Notes: generated by a model not told the origin, from the letters alone. 64,000 bases of DNA from Bacteroidia bacterium (GCA_044448685.1 JBIOHC010000003.1:72865-136864), one strand, 5' to 3'. Positions 47,147 through 57,528 are shown, counted from the stretch's first letter. Program-made: numbers and translations.

Positions 47147-48080
47147 CTCCACCTTCGCTAAAGCTACGGTGGACAAGCCTGCCCTCTTCGGTATCCGAAG
47201 CCTTGGCATAGGATATCTACTACTGATTGTTTTATTGTCGGCTTGTCATACCGGAAAGAAAATAACAAAACTTAAAGCCGGAACGGAACTCTTTCTGGCC
47301 GGTGATTGCCGGAATACAAAGGCTCTGCTGGACAGCATGAAGAAGCATCAGTTTCATTTCGAGACCCTTTCATCCAAACTGGATTGCGAAGCCCGTGGAG
47401 ACAGCATGAAAGGAAATTTTGAGGTGACCTTACGGATCAAACGTGACAGCGTCCTATGGATGAATGTCAGCGCCCTTGGAGGACTTGTTAAGGTTGCCCG
47501 AATTGTCATTACCCAGGATTCTGTGTTTATGGTTAATTATATGGACAAACGGAATGATACCGTAGGCTCCTATTTTAGAGGTGATTATAGTTATATCAAT
47601 AAGATGTTACAGAGCGATTTCGACTTTGAAATGGTTCAGAGTATACTAATCGGCAATCCGGTTACGTTTTATGAAGAGAATGAGAAGCTCCGCTCTTATG
47701 GAGAAGACGGAAAATGTGTGCTGAGTACTATCCGCAAACGCAAACTCAAAAAGGTGGTGAACCGTAACAGGGAACTGACCAAGACCGACTCGGCCCAGAC
47801 AATCTGGCTCGACCCTCAGACACAAAAGATTGCTCACCTCCTTTTCAACGATTTCAACAGCCGGCGCAGCTTTGATGTCAGCTACAGTGATTTCTATACC
47901 GCTTCAAACGGGTTGCTGGTAGCCGGGAAAGTCCGGTTTCAGATACGCACCCCGGAAAAAAACCTTATGCTGGAAATGGGATACAGAAAAGTGAACCTGA
48001 ACAAATCGCTTGAATTTCCGTTTAACATACCCGAAGGTTATAAACGCATCTTTATCCGGGATCCGAATGGGCAACATTAA
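47121..48080 (+). CDS. DUF4292-family lipoprotein (LolB-like fold).
   Basis: 319 aa. Lipobox LLSAC. The TPR, DUF4292, M23-activator gene order is conserved in Bacteroidetes. Confidence 0.6.
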   Translation: MLIKSCMNNSTFAKATVDKPALFGIRSLGIGYLLLIVLLSACHTGKKITKLKAGTELFLAGDCRNTKALLDSMKKHQFHFETLSSKLDCEARGDSMKGNFEVTLRIKRDSVLWMNVSALGGLVKVARIVITQDSVFMVNYMDKRNDTVGSYFRGDYSYINKMLQSDFDFEMVQSILIGNPVTFYEENEKLRSYGEDGKCVLSTIRKRKLKKVVNRNRELTKTDSAQTIWLDPQTQKIAHLLFNDFNSRRSFDVSYSDFYTASNGLLVAGKVRFQIRTPEKNLMLEMGYRKVNLNKSLEFPFNIPEGYKRIFIRDPNGQH

Positions 48081-49368
48081 ACCTATCCTGTTACGTTTTT
48101 GCCTGGCTGCATTCCTGCTGCTTTGCATTATCCTTCCTGCCGGTGCCCAGCATCAGGATAAAAAGACGCTGGAAAAGAAAAAGAAAAAACTGAAACAGGA
48201 TATTGAACTGGCCGAAGCCCTGCTTAAAGAAACCAAACAAGGCAAGAAAAAAACCCTGAACACCCTGGTAGCACTGAATAAAAATATTGAAAAGAGAGAA
48301 GAACTTATCTATACCATCAATTCTGAAATCAATCTGATGAATCATCAGATTGATGAAAACAATGCTTCCATCAAAAACCTTCACGGGGATATTAAAAAAC
48401 TGAAACAGGACTATGCACACATGGTATACTTTGCATACAAAAACAGGGATAATTACGATAAACTGATTTTTGTTTTTGCTGCAGCGGATTTTAACCAGGC
48501 TTATAAAAGACTGAAATACATACAGGATTATAATGAAGCCCGGAAAAAACAGATAACATCCATTTCCCAAAAACAAAAAGAGCTGGGCCAGCAGGTACAA
48601 AACCTGGAGCAGCAAAAAACGGAAAAGAAAGACCTGTTGGGTAATGAGGAAACAGAGAAAAAAGACCTGACCCAGAAAAAGGAAGAAAAAGAACAGGTAT
48701 TGTCAGACCTTCAGGATAAGGAAAGTCAGATTAAAAAGGACCTGGAAAAGAAAAAGAAAGATGCCGAACGTACCGAGCTTGCCATCCAGGCACTGATCAA
48801 GGCCGAAATAGAACGTCAGCAAAAACTGGCTGCTCTGGCTGCCGAAAAAGCTGAAAAAGCAAGGATCAAGGAAAACGCCCCTCCCCTGAAGCATACAGAA
48901 AAGACTGTTGCCAGCACCAAATACCACCTTTCAAAGGATGAACTGGATCTGAATCAAAGTTTTGCCAGTAACAGGGGCAAACTACCCTGGCCCGTTATCC
49001 AGGGCATCATCACTGAAGGTTTCGGCCCGCATGAACACCCTTCTATCAAGAACTTTATTACGGTCAACAACGGGGTTACAATAAGCACCGGAAAAGGCTC
49101 CCTGGCCAGAAGTATTTTCCAGGGCGAAGTAACCGGCGTGACAAGCATCCCCGGGGTGGGGAAGCTGGTCATCATCAGGCATGGGGAATACCTGAGCGTA
49201 TATTCCAACCTGGAAGAGGTTTATGTTCAGACCGGTGACAAGCTGAAAGCCAAACAAAATATCGGTAAAATACAATTCGATCAGGAGGAAGGCCGGACAG
49301 AAATCAATCTCCAGATCTGGAAAGGGCAGACCAAACTGAACCCGGAAGACTGGCTTTATAAGGATTAA
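48067..49368 (+). CDS. Murein hydrolase activator EnvC-like protein (coiled-coil plus degenerate M23/LytM domain).
   Basis: Start at [20 protein letters not shown], a signal peptide. A long Lys/Glu/Gln-rich coiled-coil region is followed by a C-terminal LytM domain ([23 protein letters not shown] ... [16 protein letters not shown]). Confidence 0.75.
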   Translation: MGNIKPILLRFCLAAFLLLCIILPAGAQHQDKKTLEKKKKKLKQDIELAEALLKETKQGKKKTLNTLVALNKNIEKREELIYTINSEINLMNHQIDENNASIKNLHGDIKKLKQDYAHMVYFAYKNRDNYDKLIFVFAAADFNQAYKRLKYIQDYNEARKKQITSISQKQKELGQQVQNLEQQKTEKKDLLGNEETEKKDLTQKKEEKEQVLSDLQDKESQIKKDLEKKKKDAERTELAIQALIKAEIERQQKLAALAAEKAEKARIKENAPPLKHTEKTVASTKYHLSKDELDLNQSFASNRGKLPWPVIQGIITEGFGPHEHPSIKNFITVNNGVTISTGKGSLARSIFQGEVTGVTSIPGVGKLVIIRHGEYLSVYSNLEEVYVQTGDKLKAKQNIGKIQFDQEEGRTEINLQIWKGQTKLNPEDWLYKD

Positions 49369-49411
49369 CCCCCCTAAAACCCCTCTTTTCACAATTTCTT
49401 AGTATCTTTGT

Positions 49412-49419
49412 ACCGTTAC
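49412..49419 (+). promoter_or_regulatory. Candidate Bacteroidetes sigma-A -7 element (TAnnTTTG) upstream of tatA.
   Basis: TATCTTTG lies 15 nt upstream of the tatA ATG. No clear -33 TTTG was identified. Confidence 0.25.
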
Positions 49420-49433
49420 TAAAAATTCAGACA

Positions 49434-49658
49434 ATGTCAACTATTCAACATGCTGGTCTGCTTGGCGGACTGGGAGCTCCGGAAATAATTCTGATCCTGG
49501 TTATCGTATTGCTTATGTTCGGCGGAAAGAAAATTCCAGAGCTCATGAAGGGCCTTGGACAAGGTGTGAAAGAGTTCAAAGACGCATCCAAACAGGCTGA
49601 TTCTAAGGATACAACTTCCACTCCTACAACCACAAGCGCCCCTACAGAGAAGAAATAA
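49434..49658 (+). CDS. tatA: Twin-arginine translocase subunit TatA/E.
   Basis: 74 aa. Transmembrane helix plus amphipathic helix ([32 protein letters not shown]). Confidence 0.85.
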   Translation: MSTIQHAGLLGGLGAPEIILILVIVLLMFGGKKIPELMKGLGQGVKEFKDASKQADSKDTTSTPTTTSAPTEKK

Positions 49659-49687
49659 CGCTTCAATTTTTTTGATTCTCCCAGCCT

Positions 49688-51133
49688 GTGCATCCTTACT
49701 ATTCCCTTTCCCATACCCAAAAAGGCCTTAGCGAGGGGTCATTTACCTGTGATACCGTACTGCGCCATTTCCTGGCCCGTATAGAAGCGGAAAAACACCT
49801 CAATGCATTTCTGGAAGTGTTTACAGAATCAGCCCTGGCTCAGGCGGCTGAAGTAGACCGTAAACTAAAAGCCGGTACTGCCGGCAAACTGGCCGGACTG
49901 GTCATTGCCCTCAAAGACAATATCTGTTACAAAGGTCATGTGGTGACGGCTTCATCCAAAATACTGGATGGATTCCAGTCTCTCTATAGCGCAACTGTTA
50001 CTGAAAGACTGCTGAAGGAAGATGCTATCATCATTGGACGCTGTAACTGCGATGAGTTTGCCATGGGTAGCTCGAATGAGAACTCTGCCTTTGGCACAGT
50101 TCTGAACCCCCTGGATCCCAAACGTGTAAGCGGAGGCAGTTCAGGAGGATCAACAGTTGCCGTTGCTGCCGGTCTTTGCCATGCAGCCCTGGGTACCGAT
50201 ACAGGCGGTTCTATCCGTCAGCCAGCTTCTTTTTGCGGGGTCGTAGGGATGAAGCCAACTTATGGAAGAGTGTCACGACATGGTGTTATTGCTTATGCAT
50301 CTTCCTTTGACCAGGTAGGCCCCCTTACCCGCACCGTAGAAGATGCCGCTGCCATCCTCGAAGTCATTGCAGGCATGGATGAATTTGACAGTACACTTAG
50401 CACCAAGGCAGTTTCTGATTATACCTCCTCTCTTTACAATAAGACAACCTCTAAACGTATTGCCTATATCAAAGAATGTGTGGAGCATCCCGGACTGGAC
50501 CCCGAAATCAGAGACTCTGTTAAGAATCTGATCGAAGAGTTGAAAGCTGCCGGACACACAATTGATGCTATAGATTTTCCGTATCTGGATTACCTTGTAC
50601 CAGCCTATTATGTGCTTACCACTGCCGAAGCAAGCTCTAATCTGAGCCGTTACGACGGTGTGCATTTCGGTTACCGCAGCCCTAATGCCACAGACCTTGA
50701 AAGCACGTATAAGAAGTCCAGAAGCGAAGGCTTCGGACCGGAAGTAAAAAGAAGAATCATGCTTGGCACCTTCGTATTAAGCGAAGGATATTACGATGCC
50801 TATTATTCCAAAGGACAGAAAGTACGACGCCTGATACAGGACAAAACAAAGGATATTTTCAAAGATCATGACTTTATCCTCCTGCCTACAACCCCGGGCA
50901 CTGCTTTTGAATTCGGCGCGAACTCTGCCGACCCAATCAAGATGTATCTGGAGGATATTTTTACAGTCCATGCCAATCATGCCGGCATACCGGCTATTTC
51001 CTTGCCGCTGGGAACACATAGCAACGGACTTCCTTTTGGGATACAACTTATGGCCAGCCATTTTGAAGAAGCATCCCTTTTTCAGTTTGCCAATATGCTG
51101 ATGAACAAGACCGGGTTGAAAACCTCTGCCTGA
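49688..51133 (+). CDS. gatA: Glutamyl-tRNA(Gln)/aspartyl-tRNA(Asn) amidotransferase subunit A.
   Basis: 481 aa. Amidase signature (GGSSGGSTVAVAAGLCHAALGTDTGGSIRQPASFCGVVGMKPTYGRVSR). Confidence 0.9.
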   Translation: MHPYYSLSHTQKGLSEGSFTCDTVLRHFLARIEAEKHLNAFLEVFTESALAQAAEVDRKLKAGTAGKLAGLVIALKDNICYKGHVVTASSKILDGFQSLYSATVTERLLKEDAIIIGRCNCDEFAMGSSNENSAFGTVLNPLDPKRVSGGSSGGSTVAVAAGLCHAALGTDTGGSIRQPASFCGVVGMKPTYGRVSRHGVIAYASSFDQVGPLTRTVEDAAAILEVIAGMDEFDSTLSTKAVSDYTSSLYNKTTSKRIAYIKECVEHPGLDPEIRDSVKNLIEELKAAGHTIDAIDFPYLDYLVPAYYVLTTAEASSNLSRYDGVHFGYRSPNATDLESTYKKSRSEGFGPEVKRRIMLGTFVLSEGYYDAYYSKGQKVRRLIQDKTKDIFKDHDFILLPTTPGTAFEFGANSADPIKMYLEDIFTVHANHAGIPAISLPLGTHSNGLPFGIQLMASHFEEASLFQFANMLMNKTGLKTSA

Positions 51134-51247
51134 ACCCTTCCTTCCTGTAAGCTCTTTTGATTACTATTGTAGAAGCTGTTTTTTATACGGTCTTACTGAA
51201 AAAATCAGGTGTTTTTTATCTTTTTTGCTTATTATTAGGTTAAATCG

Positions 51248-51270
51248 ACCTGAAAATCAGGTTTTTTTAC
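51248..51270 (+). terminator. Putative rho-independent terminator downstream of gatA.
   Basis: ACCTGA-aaa-TCAGGT followed by TTTTTTT. A weaker related copy (CTGAAAAAATCAGG plus a T-run) lies at about 51196..51220. Confidence 0.4.
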
Positions 51271-51320
51271 AACAAATACCCTATATTTACGTATACTATA
51301 TAGATAATATCCCCGGGCTG

Positions 51321-52820
51321 ATGAGATTTTGCAGGAAAACATACCTAATATCACTTCTGTTTCTTGTCTGCTCCTGCCTGCTCCCCAATACCTCCAAAGC
51401 CCAGTTTGATTCCATTCATTTTAAGGATGATCCTGTCGTTGCCATGCTCGACAGCCTGACCCGTCTTAATTTTTTCAATAAGCCGGCCCGTACGGCTAAA
51501 TTCAAATACAACCTTCCGCCCGACTCCATTCCACGCTTCGACGACCTGATTTATGAAGCCCGTATGGCTAAACTGGATGCCGCCTCTCCCTTCGACCTGG
51601 TTTACAATGAACCTGTCAGAGCTTTTATCGATCTGTATGTTGTCCGTAAACGCCTTCTTGTTTCGCGTATGGTAGGCCTGAGCCAGCTTTATTACCCTAT
51701 GATGGAAGAAGTGCTGGATAAATACGGTTTGCCACTTGAACTTAAGCACCTGGCTGTAATCGAATCTGCCCTTAACCCCAATGCCAAATCCCGTTCAGGT
51801 GCAATGGGGCTCTGGCAGTTTATGTTCAATACCGGTAAATTGTACGGTCTCAATAATACTTCTTATGTTGATGACCGCTGCGATCCTTACAAAGCTACTG
51901 TAGCGGCTGCCGAATACCTGAAGTTTTTGTACGGACTTTTCGGAGACTGGCAAATGGTGCTTGCGGCCTATAACAGCGGTCCCGGAACAGTGATGAAAGC
52001 CATGCGTCGCTCGGGCAATAAAAAAAGCTATTGGGAAATACGTCCATTCCTGCCCCGTGAAACACAAAGCTATGTGCCCGCATTTATTGCCGCCAATTAT
52101 GTCATGAATTATTATGGGGAACACAATATCTATCCTTCCGAACCCCGTAAAAGTTTTTTTGAAACAGATACGGTCAATATCAAACAGCAGGTAAGCTTCG
52201 AACAGATTTCCCATGCTCTCAATATTTCCATGGACGAACTGGTCTTTCTTAACCCTATGTACAAAAGGGCTATAGTGCCTTATCCGAATGGGAACAAACC
52301 CTATGAACTCATCCTGCCCGCTTCCAAAGTAGGAACCTTTGTTACCAACGAAACGGCTATTTATTCCTGTCTGAAAAAAGATTCCGCACTTGCAAAATCA
52401 GGTATGGCGGCTGAGGAAGTTCGTAAATTATGGACCGTACAAAAAGGCGAGCACCTCAACCTGATAGCACGCTCCTGCAAATGCACCGTTGATGACCTCC
52501 GGACCTGGAACGGACTTACATCGAGTTATGTAAAACCCGGTCAGAAACTTATTTATTACGCCACCACTTCCAGACCCATACTGTCTGCCCTGCCACCTGT
52601 ACAAACACCTGCTGTCGCTAGCCAGGTGGTTCAGAATACGGATCCGGCACCTGTTGCCGCCTATAAGGGATTTGTATACTATACCATACAAAAAGGGGAT
52701 ACGCTCTGGATCATCAGTCAGCGTAACAAAACAACCGTTGATGCCATCAAACGCCTCAATGGATGGGGGAAAAATTTCAAACTCCTGCCTGGCAGTAAGA
52801 TTAAGGTCGCTAAAGCTTAA
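51321..52820 (+). CDS. Membrane-bound lytic murein transglycosylase D-like protein (SLT domain plus two LysM domains).
   Basis: Start at MRFCRKTYLISLLFLVCSC. SLT catalytic motif (AVIESALNPNAKSRSGAMGLWQFM) and C-terminal LysM repeats (YTIQKGDTLWIISQRN). Confidence 0.8.
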   Translation: MRFCRKTYLISLLFLVCSCLLPNTSKAQFDSIHFKDDPVVAMLDSLTRLNFFNKPARTAKFKYNLPPDSIPRFDDLIYEARMAKLDAASPFDLVYNEPVRAFIDLYVVRKRLLVSRMVGLSQLYYPMMEEVLDKYGLPLELKHLAVIESALNPNAKSRSGAMGLWQFMFNTGKLYGLNNTSYVDDRCDPYKATVAAAEYLKFLYGLFGDWQMVLAAYNSGPGTVMKAMRRSGNKKSYWEIRPFLPRETQSYVPAFIAANYVMNYYGEHNIYPSEPRKSFFETDTVNIKQQVSFEQISHALNISMDELVFLNPMYKRAIVPYPNGNKPYELILPASKVGTFVTNETAIYSCLKKDSALAKSGMAAEEVRKLWTVQKGEHLNLIARSCKCTVDDLRTWNGLTSSYVKPGQKLIYYATTSRPILSALPPVQTPAVASQVVQNTDPAPVAAYKGFVYYTIQKGDTLWIISQRNKTTVDAIKRLNGWGKNFKLLPGSKIKVAKA

Positions 52821-52861
52821 ACAGGATTCAGCAGCAGAGGCAGGAAGCAGTCTCAAAGATC

Positions 52862-53317
52862 ATGCGTTTAATAATAATTCCCATTCTGTTGTTAGTATCC
52901 GTTGTCTGCATGCCGGCTTATTCCCAAACCATGAAGCCTGTTATTACCCGTACCATGACAGCCATTCCGGGAAGCACGGACTACCTGGTAACCATTAAAA
53001 TTCAGACCAATGATGCTACCGGTTTCGGACGATATTCGGAATCGCTTCCCGACACAGCCAGAATACTCGAATCAAGTATAAATTCAGCAACGGCGAACAC
53101 TAAAATGGAAGGAAAAATGATTCAGTTCACCTGGACAAGTCTGCCTGTCAACAGGGAAGAAATACTTTCCTATCAGATAAGATATTCATCTCCCCCTTCC
53201 TCTTCCCAACTCAATTATACCGGAATTTTCGGCTATACAGCTCAGGGGCGCGCTTGTACCGTGAAAACAATTATTTATACCACACCGAAAAAAACGGTGA
53301 GGCTTATTCAACACTAA
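52862..53317 (+). CDS. Hypothetical secreted protein, paralog A.
   Basis: 151 aa. Signal peptide. It shares the pattern TRTxTxIPGSxDYxVxxKI ... GFG ... LP ... FxWTS with the next gene. Confidence 0.45.
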   Translation: MRLIIIPILLLVSVVCMPAYSQTMKPVITRTMTAIPGSTDYLVTIKIQTNDATGFGRYSESLPDTARILESSINSATANTKMEGKMIQFTWTSLPVNREEILSYQIRYSSPPSSSQLNYTGIFGYTAQGRACTVKTIIYTTPKKTVRLIQH

Positions 53318-53327
53318 TCTGGCTATC

Positions 53328-53723
53328 ATGCATAAATTCCTGACCGCTCTGTTTATTATTATCAGTTCATCTCTGCAGGCTCAAACAAAGGTAACACGTA
53401 CCTTTACCTCCATTCCAGGCTCTGCCGATTATCAGGTAGCCCTGAAAATAAAATATGAAAATATAAACGGTTTCGGTAAGCTGGAAGAGATCCTTCCTGA
53501 AGGTGCCAGAGCAATCAAGCCCGGACCGGAAAATGTCTGTACCATTATTAATGACGGTACATTACTTAAATTTATCTGGACCTCCTTTCCTCCCGGAACG
53601 GAAATCAATTTAACCTACCGCATCACATTCCCTCCCGGTACACTCGCTGCATCCAATATGCATTATGCCGGAACATTTCGGTATGTGGATGACAATAAAG
53701 TAACGGTGGTTTCTGTTGAATAA
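53328..53723 (+). CDS. Hypothetical secreted protein, paralog B.
   Basis: 131 aa. Signal peptide. It is co-linear with 52862..53317 (TRTFTSIPGSADYQVALKIKYENINGFGKLEEILPEGARAIKP ... LKFIWTSFPPGTEINLTYRITFPPG). Confidence 0.45.
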   Translation: MHKFLTALFIIISSSLQAQTKVTRTFTSIPGSADYQVALKIKYENINGFGKLEEILPEGARAIKPGPENVCTIINDGTLLKFIWTSFPPGTEINLTYRITFPPGTLAASNMHYAGTFRYVDDNKVTVVSVE

Positions 53724-53736
53724 TACAATTCCCCTG

Positions 53737-54046
53737 AAGCATTACCTGTTTCCTTAGAAGGACTACGTATTTTCTTAGAAGCATTACCTCCTTCGATCGA
53801 TGCATGACACATTTACCTGGAAGCATTCCCTCCTTCGATTGATGCACGATACATTTTCCTGGAAGCATTACTTCCTTCGATCGATGCACGATACATTTTC
53901 CTGGAAGCATTACTTCCTTCGATCGATGCACGACACATTTACTTAGAAGCATTACCTCCTTCGATCGATGCACGACACATTTACTTAGAAGCATTACCTC
54001 CTTCGATCGATGCGCGACACTTTTACTTAGAAGCATTACCTCCTTC
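53737..54046. repeat. 42-bp tandem direct repeat, about 6.3 near-identical copies plus about 1 degenerate leading copy.
   Basis: Unit GCATTACCTCCTTCGATCGATGCACGACACATTTACTTAGAA. Full copies start at 53781, 53823, 53865, 53907, 53949 and 53991, with a partial copy from 54033. Copies differ by 1-4 substitutions. Each contains the palindrome TCGATCGA. No unique spacers are present. Confidence 0.85.
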
Positions 54047-54090
54047 CGGGTAAATAGGTCTTCTTCTTGCTTCTGATTTTTATGTGTCTG

Positions 54091-55269
54091 TTAATGAGTG
54101 GATTTCATCCGGATCTGGGGGCAATCCTTTTCCATCATCTTTTTAGTATCCTCCAGAGCTTCCTTCATTTTCACCCTGGCTGCTGCATCGATATAGGCCG
54201 GGAGAGAATCTTTCAATACCATTTCTGCAGGAAAAACAATGTGTTTCTTCATTAAAGGACTTGAGCCTCGGTAAACCCAGGTAGGAATATAATCTGCCAG
54301 TGGTTTAAGATATGTTCCTTTTGTAATGTTCTTCCGAAGCGTAAGGCTGAAGATGACTCCTGCATCTGTATACCTCCAGTACTGATTGGAAAGAAAATTC
54401 CCGAGACTCCAGGCAACAATACCGGTATCAAGTGTTGCATGTTTTGTTTTATAATAATTCACCGGGCTTATCACATGAGGATGTCCGCCTATAATTATAT
54501 CGGCTCCGTATTCCTGTGTCTTCCTGACTGTCTGTTTCTGAAAATCATTGGGATCACTCTGGTTTTCTTTTCCATAATGAAACCATACCAGTACCAGTTC
54601 AGCACCCTGGTTACGGGCCTGCATAATATCATGTTGTATAAGCAAGGTGTCGATCACATTTACTTCGTATTTTTTTTCCGCCGGCACCGGTGGTTCATTC
54701 GTGCCATAGGTATAATTAAGCATTCCAAGTTTAATACCTTTAATATTCAGGATACGGACAGAGTCATGATCGGCCTGTGACTTAAAAGTGCCGGTACTGC
54801 CGATTCCCTTTTGTTTCAATATGTCCAGCGTACGCAACAGGCCTGCTTCCTTGGTATCCAGACAATGGTTATTGGCCGTAACCACAAAATCAAAACCTGC
54901 ATTTTTCAATGCATCAGCATATATATCAGGGGTATTGAAAATAGGATACCCGGCCAATGGTACAGAAGGCCCGGCAAAGGTAAGCTCCAGATTACCCATC
55001 GTTACATCTGCCTGTTCCAGGAAAGGTTTTACAACAGCAAAACTTGGGTTGAAATCATAGGTGCCATCCGTTTTCCGGGAGTTTTCGTACTGGGGAACAT
55101 GGCACATCAGATCGCCGGTGAAAGAAATGCGAACAGTCAAAATAGAGTCTGGGCGAGGACCGCCAATGTTTTTCAAACCCCTTTGGTCCTGTTTTGCCGA
55201 CTGAAACTCAGGTGTCAGAACAAGCAACAGGAACACAAAAGAAGCCAGGAATAAAAGCGGGGTTTTCAT
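54091..55269 (-). CDS. CapA/PGA_cap-family metallophosphatase (poly-gamma-glutamate capsule biosynthesis-like).
   Basis: 392 aa. Signal peptide and calcineurin-like metallophosphatase motifs (ISFTGDLM, VTANNH, GADIIIGGHPHV). Confidence 0.75.
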   Translation of the reverse strand: MKTPLLFLASFVFLLLVLTPEFQSAKQDQRGLKNIGGPRPDSILTVRISFTGDLMCHVPQYENSRKTDGTYDFNPSFAVVKPFLEQADVTMGNLELTFAGPSVPLAGYPIFNTPDIYADALKNAGFDFVVTANNHCLDTKEAGLLRTLDILKQKGIGSTGTFKSQADHDSVRILNIKGIKLGMLNYTYGTNEPPVPAEKKYEVNVIDTLLIQHDIMQARNQGAELVLVWFHYGKENQSDPNDFQKQTVRKTQEYGADIIIGGHPHVISPVNYYKTKHATLDTGIVAWSLGNFLSNQYWRYTDAGVIFSLTLRKNITKGTYLKPLADYIPTWVYRGSSPLMKKHIVFPAEMVLKDSLPAYIDAAARVKMKEALEDTKKMMEKDCPQIRMKSTH

Positions 55270-55356
55270 AACTGATGCGAATTTAGACTATTTGTCGAGA
55301 CCTGGTACTTGTCAATCTACCCGAATTACCCTAATTTCCCTCCGAATAAACCCAAT

Positions 55357-56283
55357 ATGATAAAAGCCGACAATCTCAGCAAAGTGTATGGAAGTGTCAG
55401 AGCCCTGCAAGATGTCTCATTCGAGATTATGGACGGAGAGTTTTATGGCCTGCTGGGTCCTAACGGAGCCGGTAAAACAACCACCATCAGTATTCTGAGT
55501 ACTATCCTGGCTCCTGATAAGGGGTCTGTAATAATCAACGGATTCGACCTGCATAAAGACCGGGAGCAATGCAAGCGCAGCATTGGAGTGGTACCCCAGG
55601 AAATTGCCCTCTACAATAAGCTTTCAGCCTATGACAACCTGCTGTTCTGGGGAAGTCTGTATGATGTCCCTACCGCAGAGCTGAAATCAAGAATAGAGGA
55701 GATCCTGGCCATGGTCGGGTTGTCGGATCGTAAGAATGACCGTATCGATACCTATTCAGGCGGAATGAAGAGACGTATCAATATAGCCTCCGCCCTCCTC
55801 CACCGCCCCAAAGTGCTGTTTATGGATGAGCCTACAGTAGGAATAGACCCTCAGAGCCGAAACCTGATATTTGAAGTTCTCGAAAAACTGCACAAGGAAG
55901 GGATGACGATAATCTATACCACCCATTATATGGAAGAGGCCGAACGCTTTTGCGACCGTATCGGAATTATTGATCAGGGTAAAATCATTGCACAGGGCAC
56001 ATTGGGGGAATTGAAAAACACGGGAGGTCTGAAAGAAAGTGTGGTCGTCACCTTTTCCAACCTGACAGAAGAGGAGAAAGCCATCATGAATACCACGCTG
56101 AGCGGAGAGTTTCATTTTACCGGCAATGCCCTCACCTTTTATTCGCCTCATATCAGAACAGATTTGGGGCACCTCGTTATTAAATGCAATGAATCCGGTG
56201 CTGAAATCAGTCATATAGAAATACAGAAAGTAACGCTGGAAAGCGTATTCCTTTCCTTAACCGGTAAACAACTAAGAGACTAA
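55357..56283 (+). CDS. ABC transporter ATP-binding protein.
   Basis: Walker A (GPNGAGKTT), ABC signature (SGGMKRR) and Walker B (LFMDEP). Start at MIKADNLSKVYG. Confidence 0.85.
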   Translation: MIKADNLSKVYGSVRALQDVSFEIMDGEFYGLLGPNGAGKTTTISILSTILAPDKGSVIINGFDLHKDREQCKRSIGVVPQEIALYNKLSAYDNLLFWGSLYDVPTAELKSRIEEILAMVGLSDRKNDRIDTYSGGMKRRINIASALLHRPKVLFMDEPTVGIDPQSRNLIFEVLEKLHKEGMTIIYTTHYMEEAERFCDRIGIIDQGKIIAQGTLGELKNTGGLKESVVVTFSNLTEEEKAIMNTTLSGEFHFTGNALTFYSPHIRTDLGHLVIKCNESGAEISHIEIQKVTLESVFLSLTGKQLRD

Positions 56284-56292
56284 CCCGAAGCC

Positions 56293-57528
56293 ATGTTTAA
56301 ACTTGCCATCAAGGATATCAAATTGTTTATGGCCGATAAAAGGGCTATGCTCCTTACCCTTCTCCTGCCCATACCACTTATTACTCTTTTTTCACTTGCC
56401 TTTGGAGGGATAGGCAGCAGCGGCAATTCAAAAGCATTGGTTCTCATCACTTCTGATGAAGACAAAACTCCCGAAAGCAAAAAGTTGATAGTACAGCTTG
56501 ACTCTCTTAAGGAACTGGACATCAAACTTACCAATACCGATACAGCAAAAAACTGGATACGAAAGGGAGATGAGGATGCCGCTTTGATTCTGCACAAGGG
56601 CTTTCAAGACTCCATCCGAAACGGAAAGCCTCTGCCATTAGAGTTGATTTATGACAAGGCCAAACAAGTACAGCTGGGAATATTAATGTCGGCACTGAGC
56701 GGAAACCTCATGCGATTTGCCGGTACTCAGCAGTTTGAAAGCAAGGCTATTGCTCAGTTTGATGCACAAAACCCGACAATGGATTCTGCTTCAAAAGCCG
56801 GAGTACATAAAATGATTGCTTCCAATTTCAACGGAAAATCAGGCAGCGGGAAAGGAACAGAAGATGCCCCCCTGCTTAAAACAACAGCCATAGAAGCCCA
56901 AAAGGAAAACACCCCCGGCCTTATACAGGCTGTTGCTGGTACAGCAGTGATGATGTTATTATTCAGTGTGGCTGGACTGGGAGCCAGCCTTCTTCAGGAA
57001 AAAGAAGAAGGAACCCTGAAAAAATTATTGTTTGCTCCTCTCAGTCCGAGCAGCATATTGTTCGGGAAAATGCTGAGCGCCAATTTAATTTCCATCGTTC
57101 AGCTGAGTATCATGTTCACTTTTTCCTGGGCTGTGTTCGGTTTGAATATTACTGCAGCACGCCTGCCGGGCCTGATACTGATGATTGTGGCAACAGCCTT
57201 TGCATGCTCTGCTTTCGGTGTTTTTCTGGCATCGTTTGCCCGGAACAGGGCACAGGTACAGGGCTTGTCAACACTAATCGTACTCACCATGAGCGCTATA
57301 GGAGGCAGCATGATACCGATTTTTGTCATGCCTTTCTGGATGCAGAAAATGGCCGTAGCTTCTGTTAATTACTGGAGCATACAAGGGTTCTATGATATCT
57401 TCTGGAGGGCCCTGCCTTTTACAGATTCACATTTCCTGTTGAGGGCTGGGGTATTATTCGGAATAGGAATTATTCTGAATCTGGGAGCGATACAGTTTTA
57501 CAAAAAGAATATTCTGAATATCGCTTAG
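56293..57528 (+). CDS. ABC-2-type transporter permease.
   Basis: 411 aa. An N-terminal transmembrane segment, a large extracytoplasmic loop and 5 C-terminal transmembrane segments. It lies immediately after the ATPase. Confidence 0.7.
   Translation: MFKLAIKDIKLFMADKRAMLLTLLLPIPLITLFSLAFGGIGSSGNSKALVLITSDEDKTPESKKLIVQLDSLKELDIKLTNTDTAKNWIRKGDEDAALILHKGFQDSIRNGKPLPLELIYDKAKQVQLGILMSALSGNLMRFAGTQQFESKAIAQFDAQNPTMDSASKAGVHKMIASNFNGKSGSGKGTEDAPLLKTTAIEAQKENTPGLIQAVAGTAVMMLLFSVAGLGASLLQEKEEGTLKKLLFAPLSPSSILFGKMLSANLISIVQLSIMFTFSWAVFGLNITAARLPGLILMIVATAFACSAFGVFLASFARNRAQVQGLSTLIVLTMSAIGGSMIPIFVMPFWMQKMAVASVNYWSIQGFYDIFWRALPFTDSHFLLRAGVLFGIGIILNLGAIQFYKKNILNIA

Noticed and set aside
53623-54036. 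137-aa minus-strand ORF made of 14-aa repeats (HRSKEVMLLSKCVV).
   Set aside because: It is generated by the 42-bp tandem repeat and runs into the antisense of the upstream secreted-protein gene. There is no signal, domain or RBS support. It is kept only as an alternative hypothesis in the repeat finding.
53737-54046. Possible CRISPR array.
   Set aside because: Repeat units are contiguous with no unique spacers between them. There are no cas genes in the window, and unit-to-unit variation is unlike CRISPR repeats.
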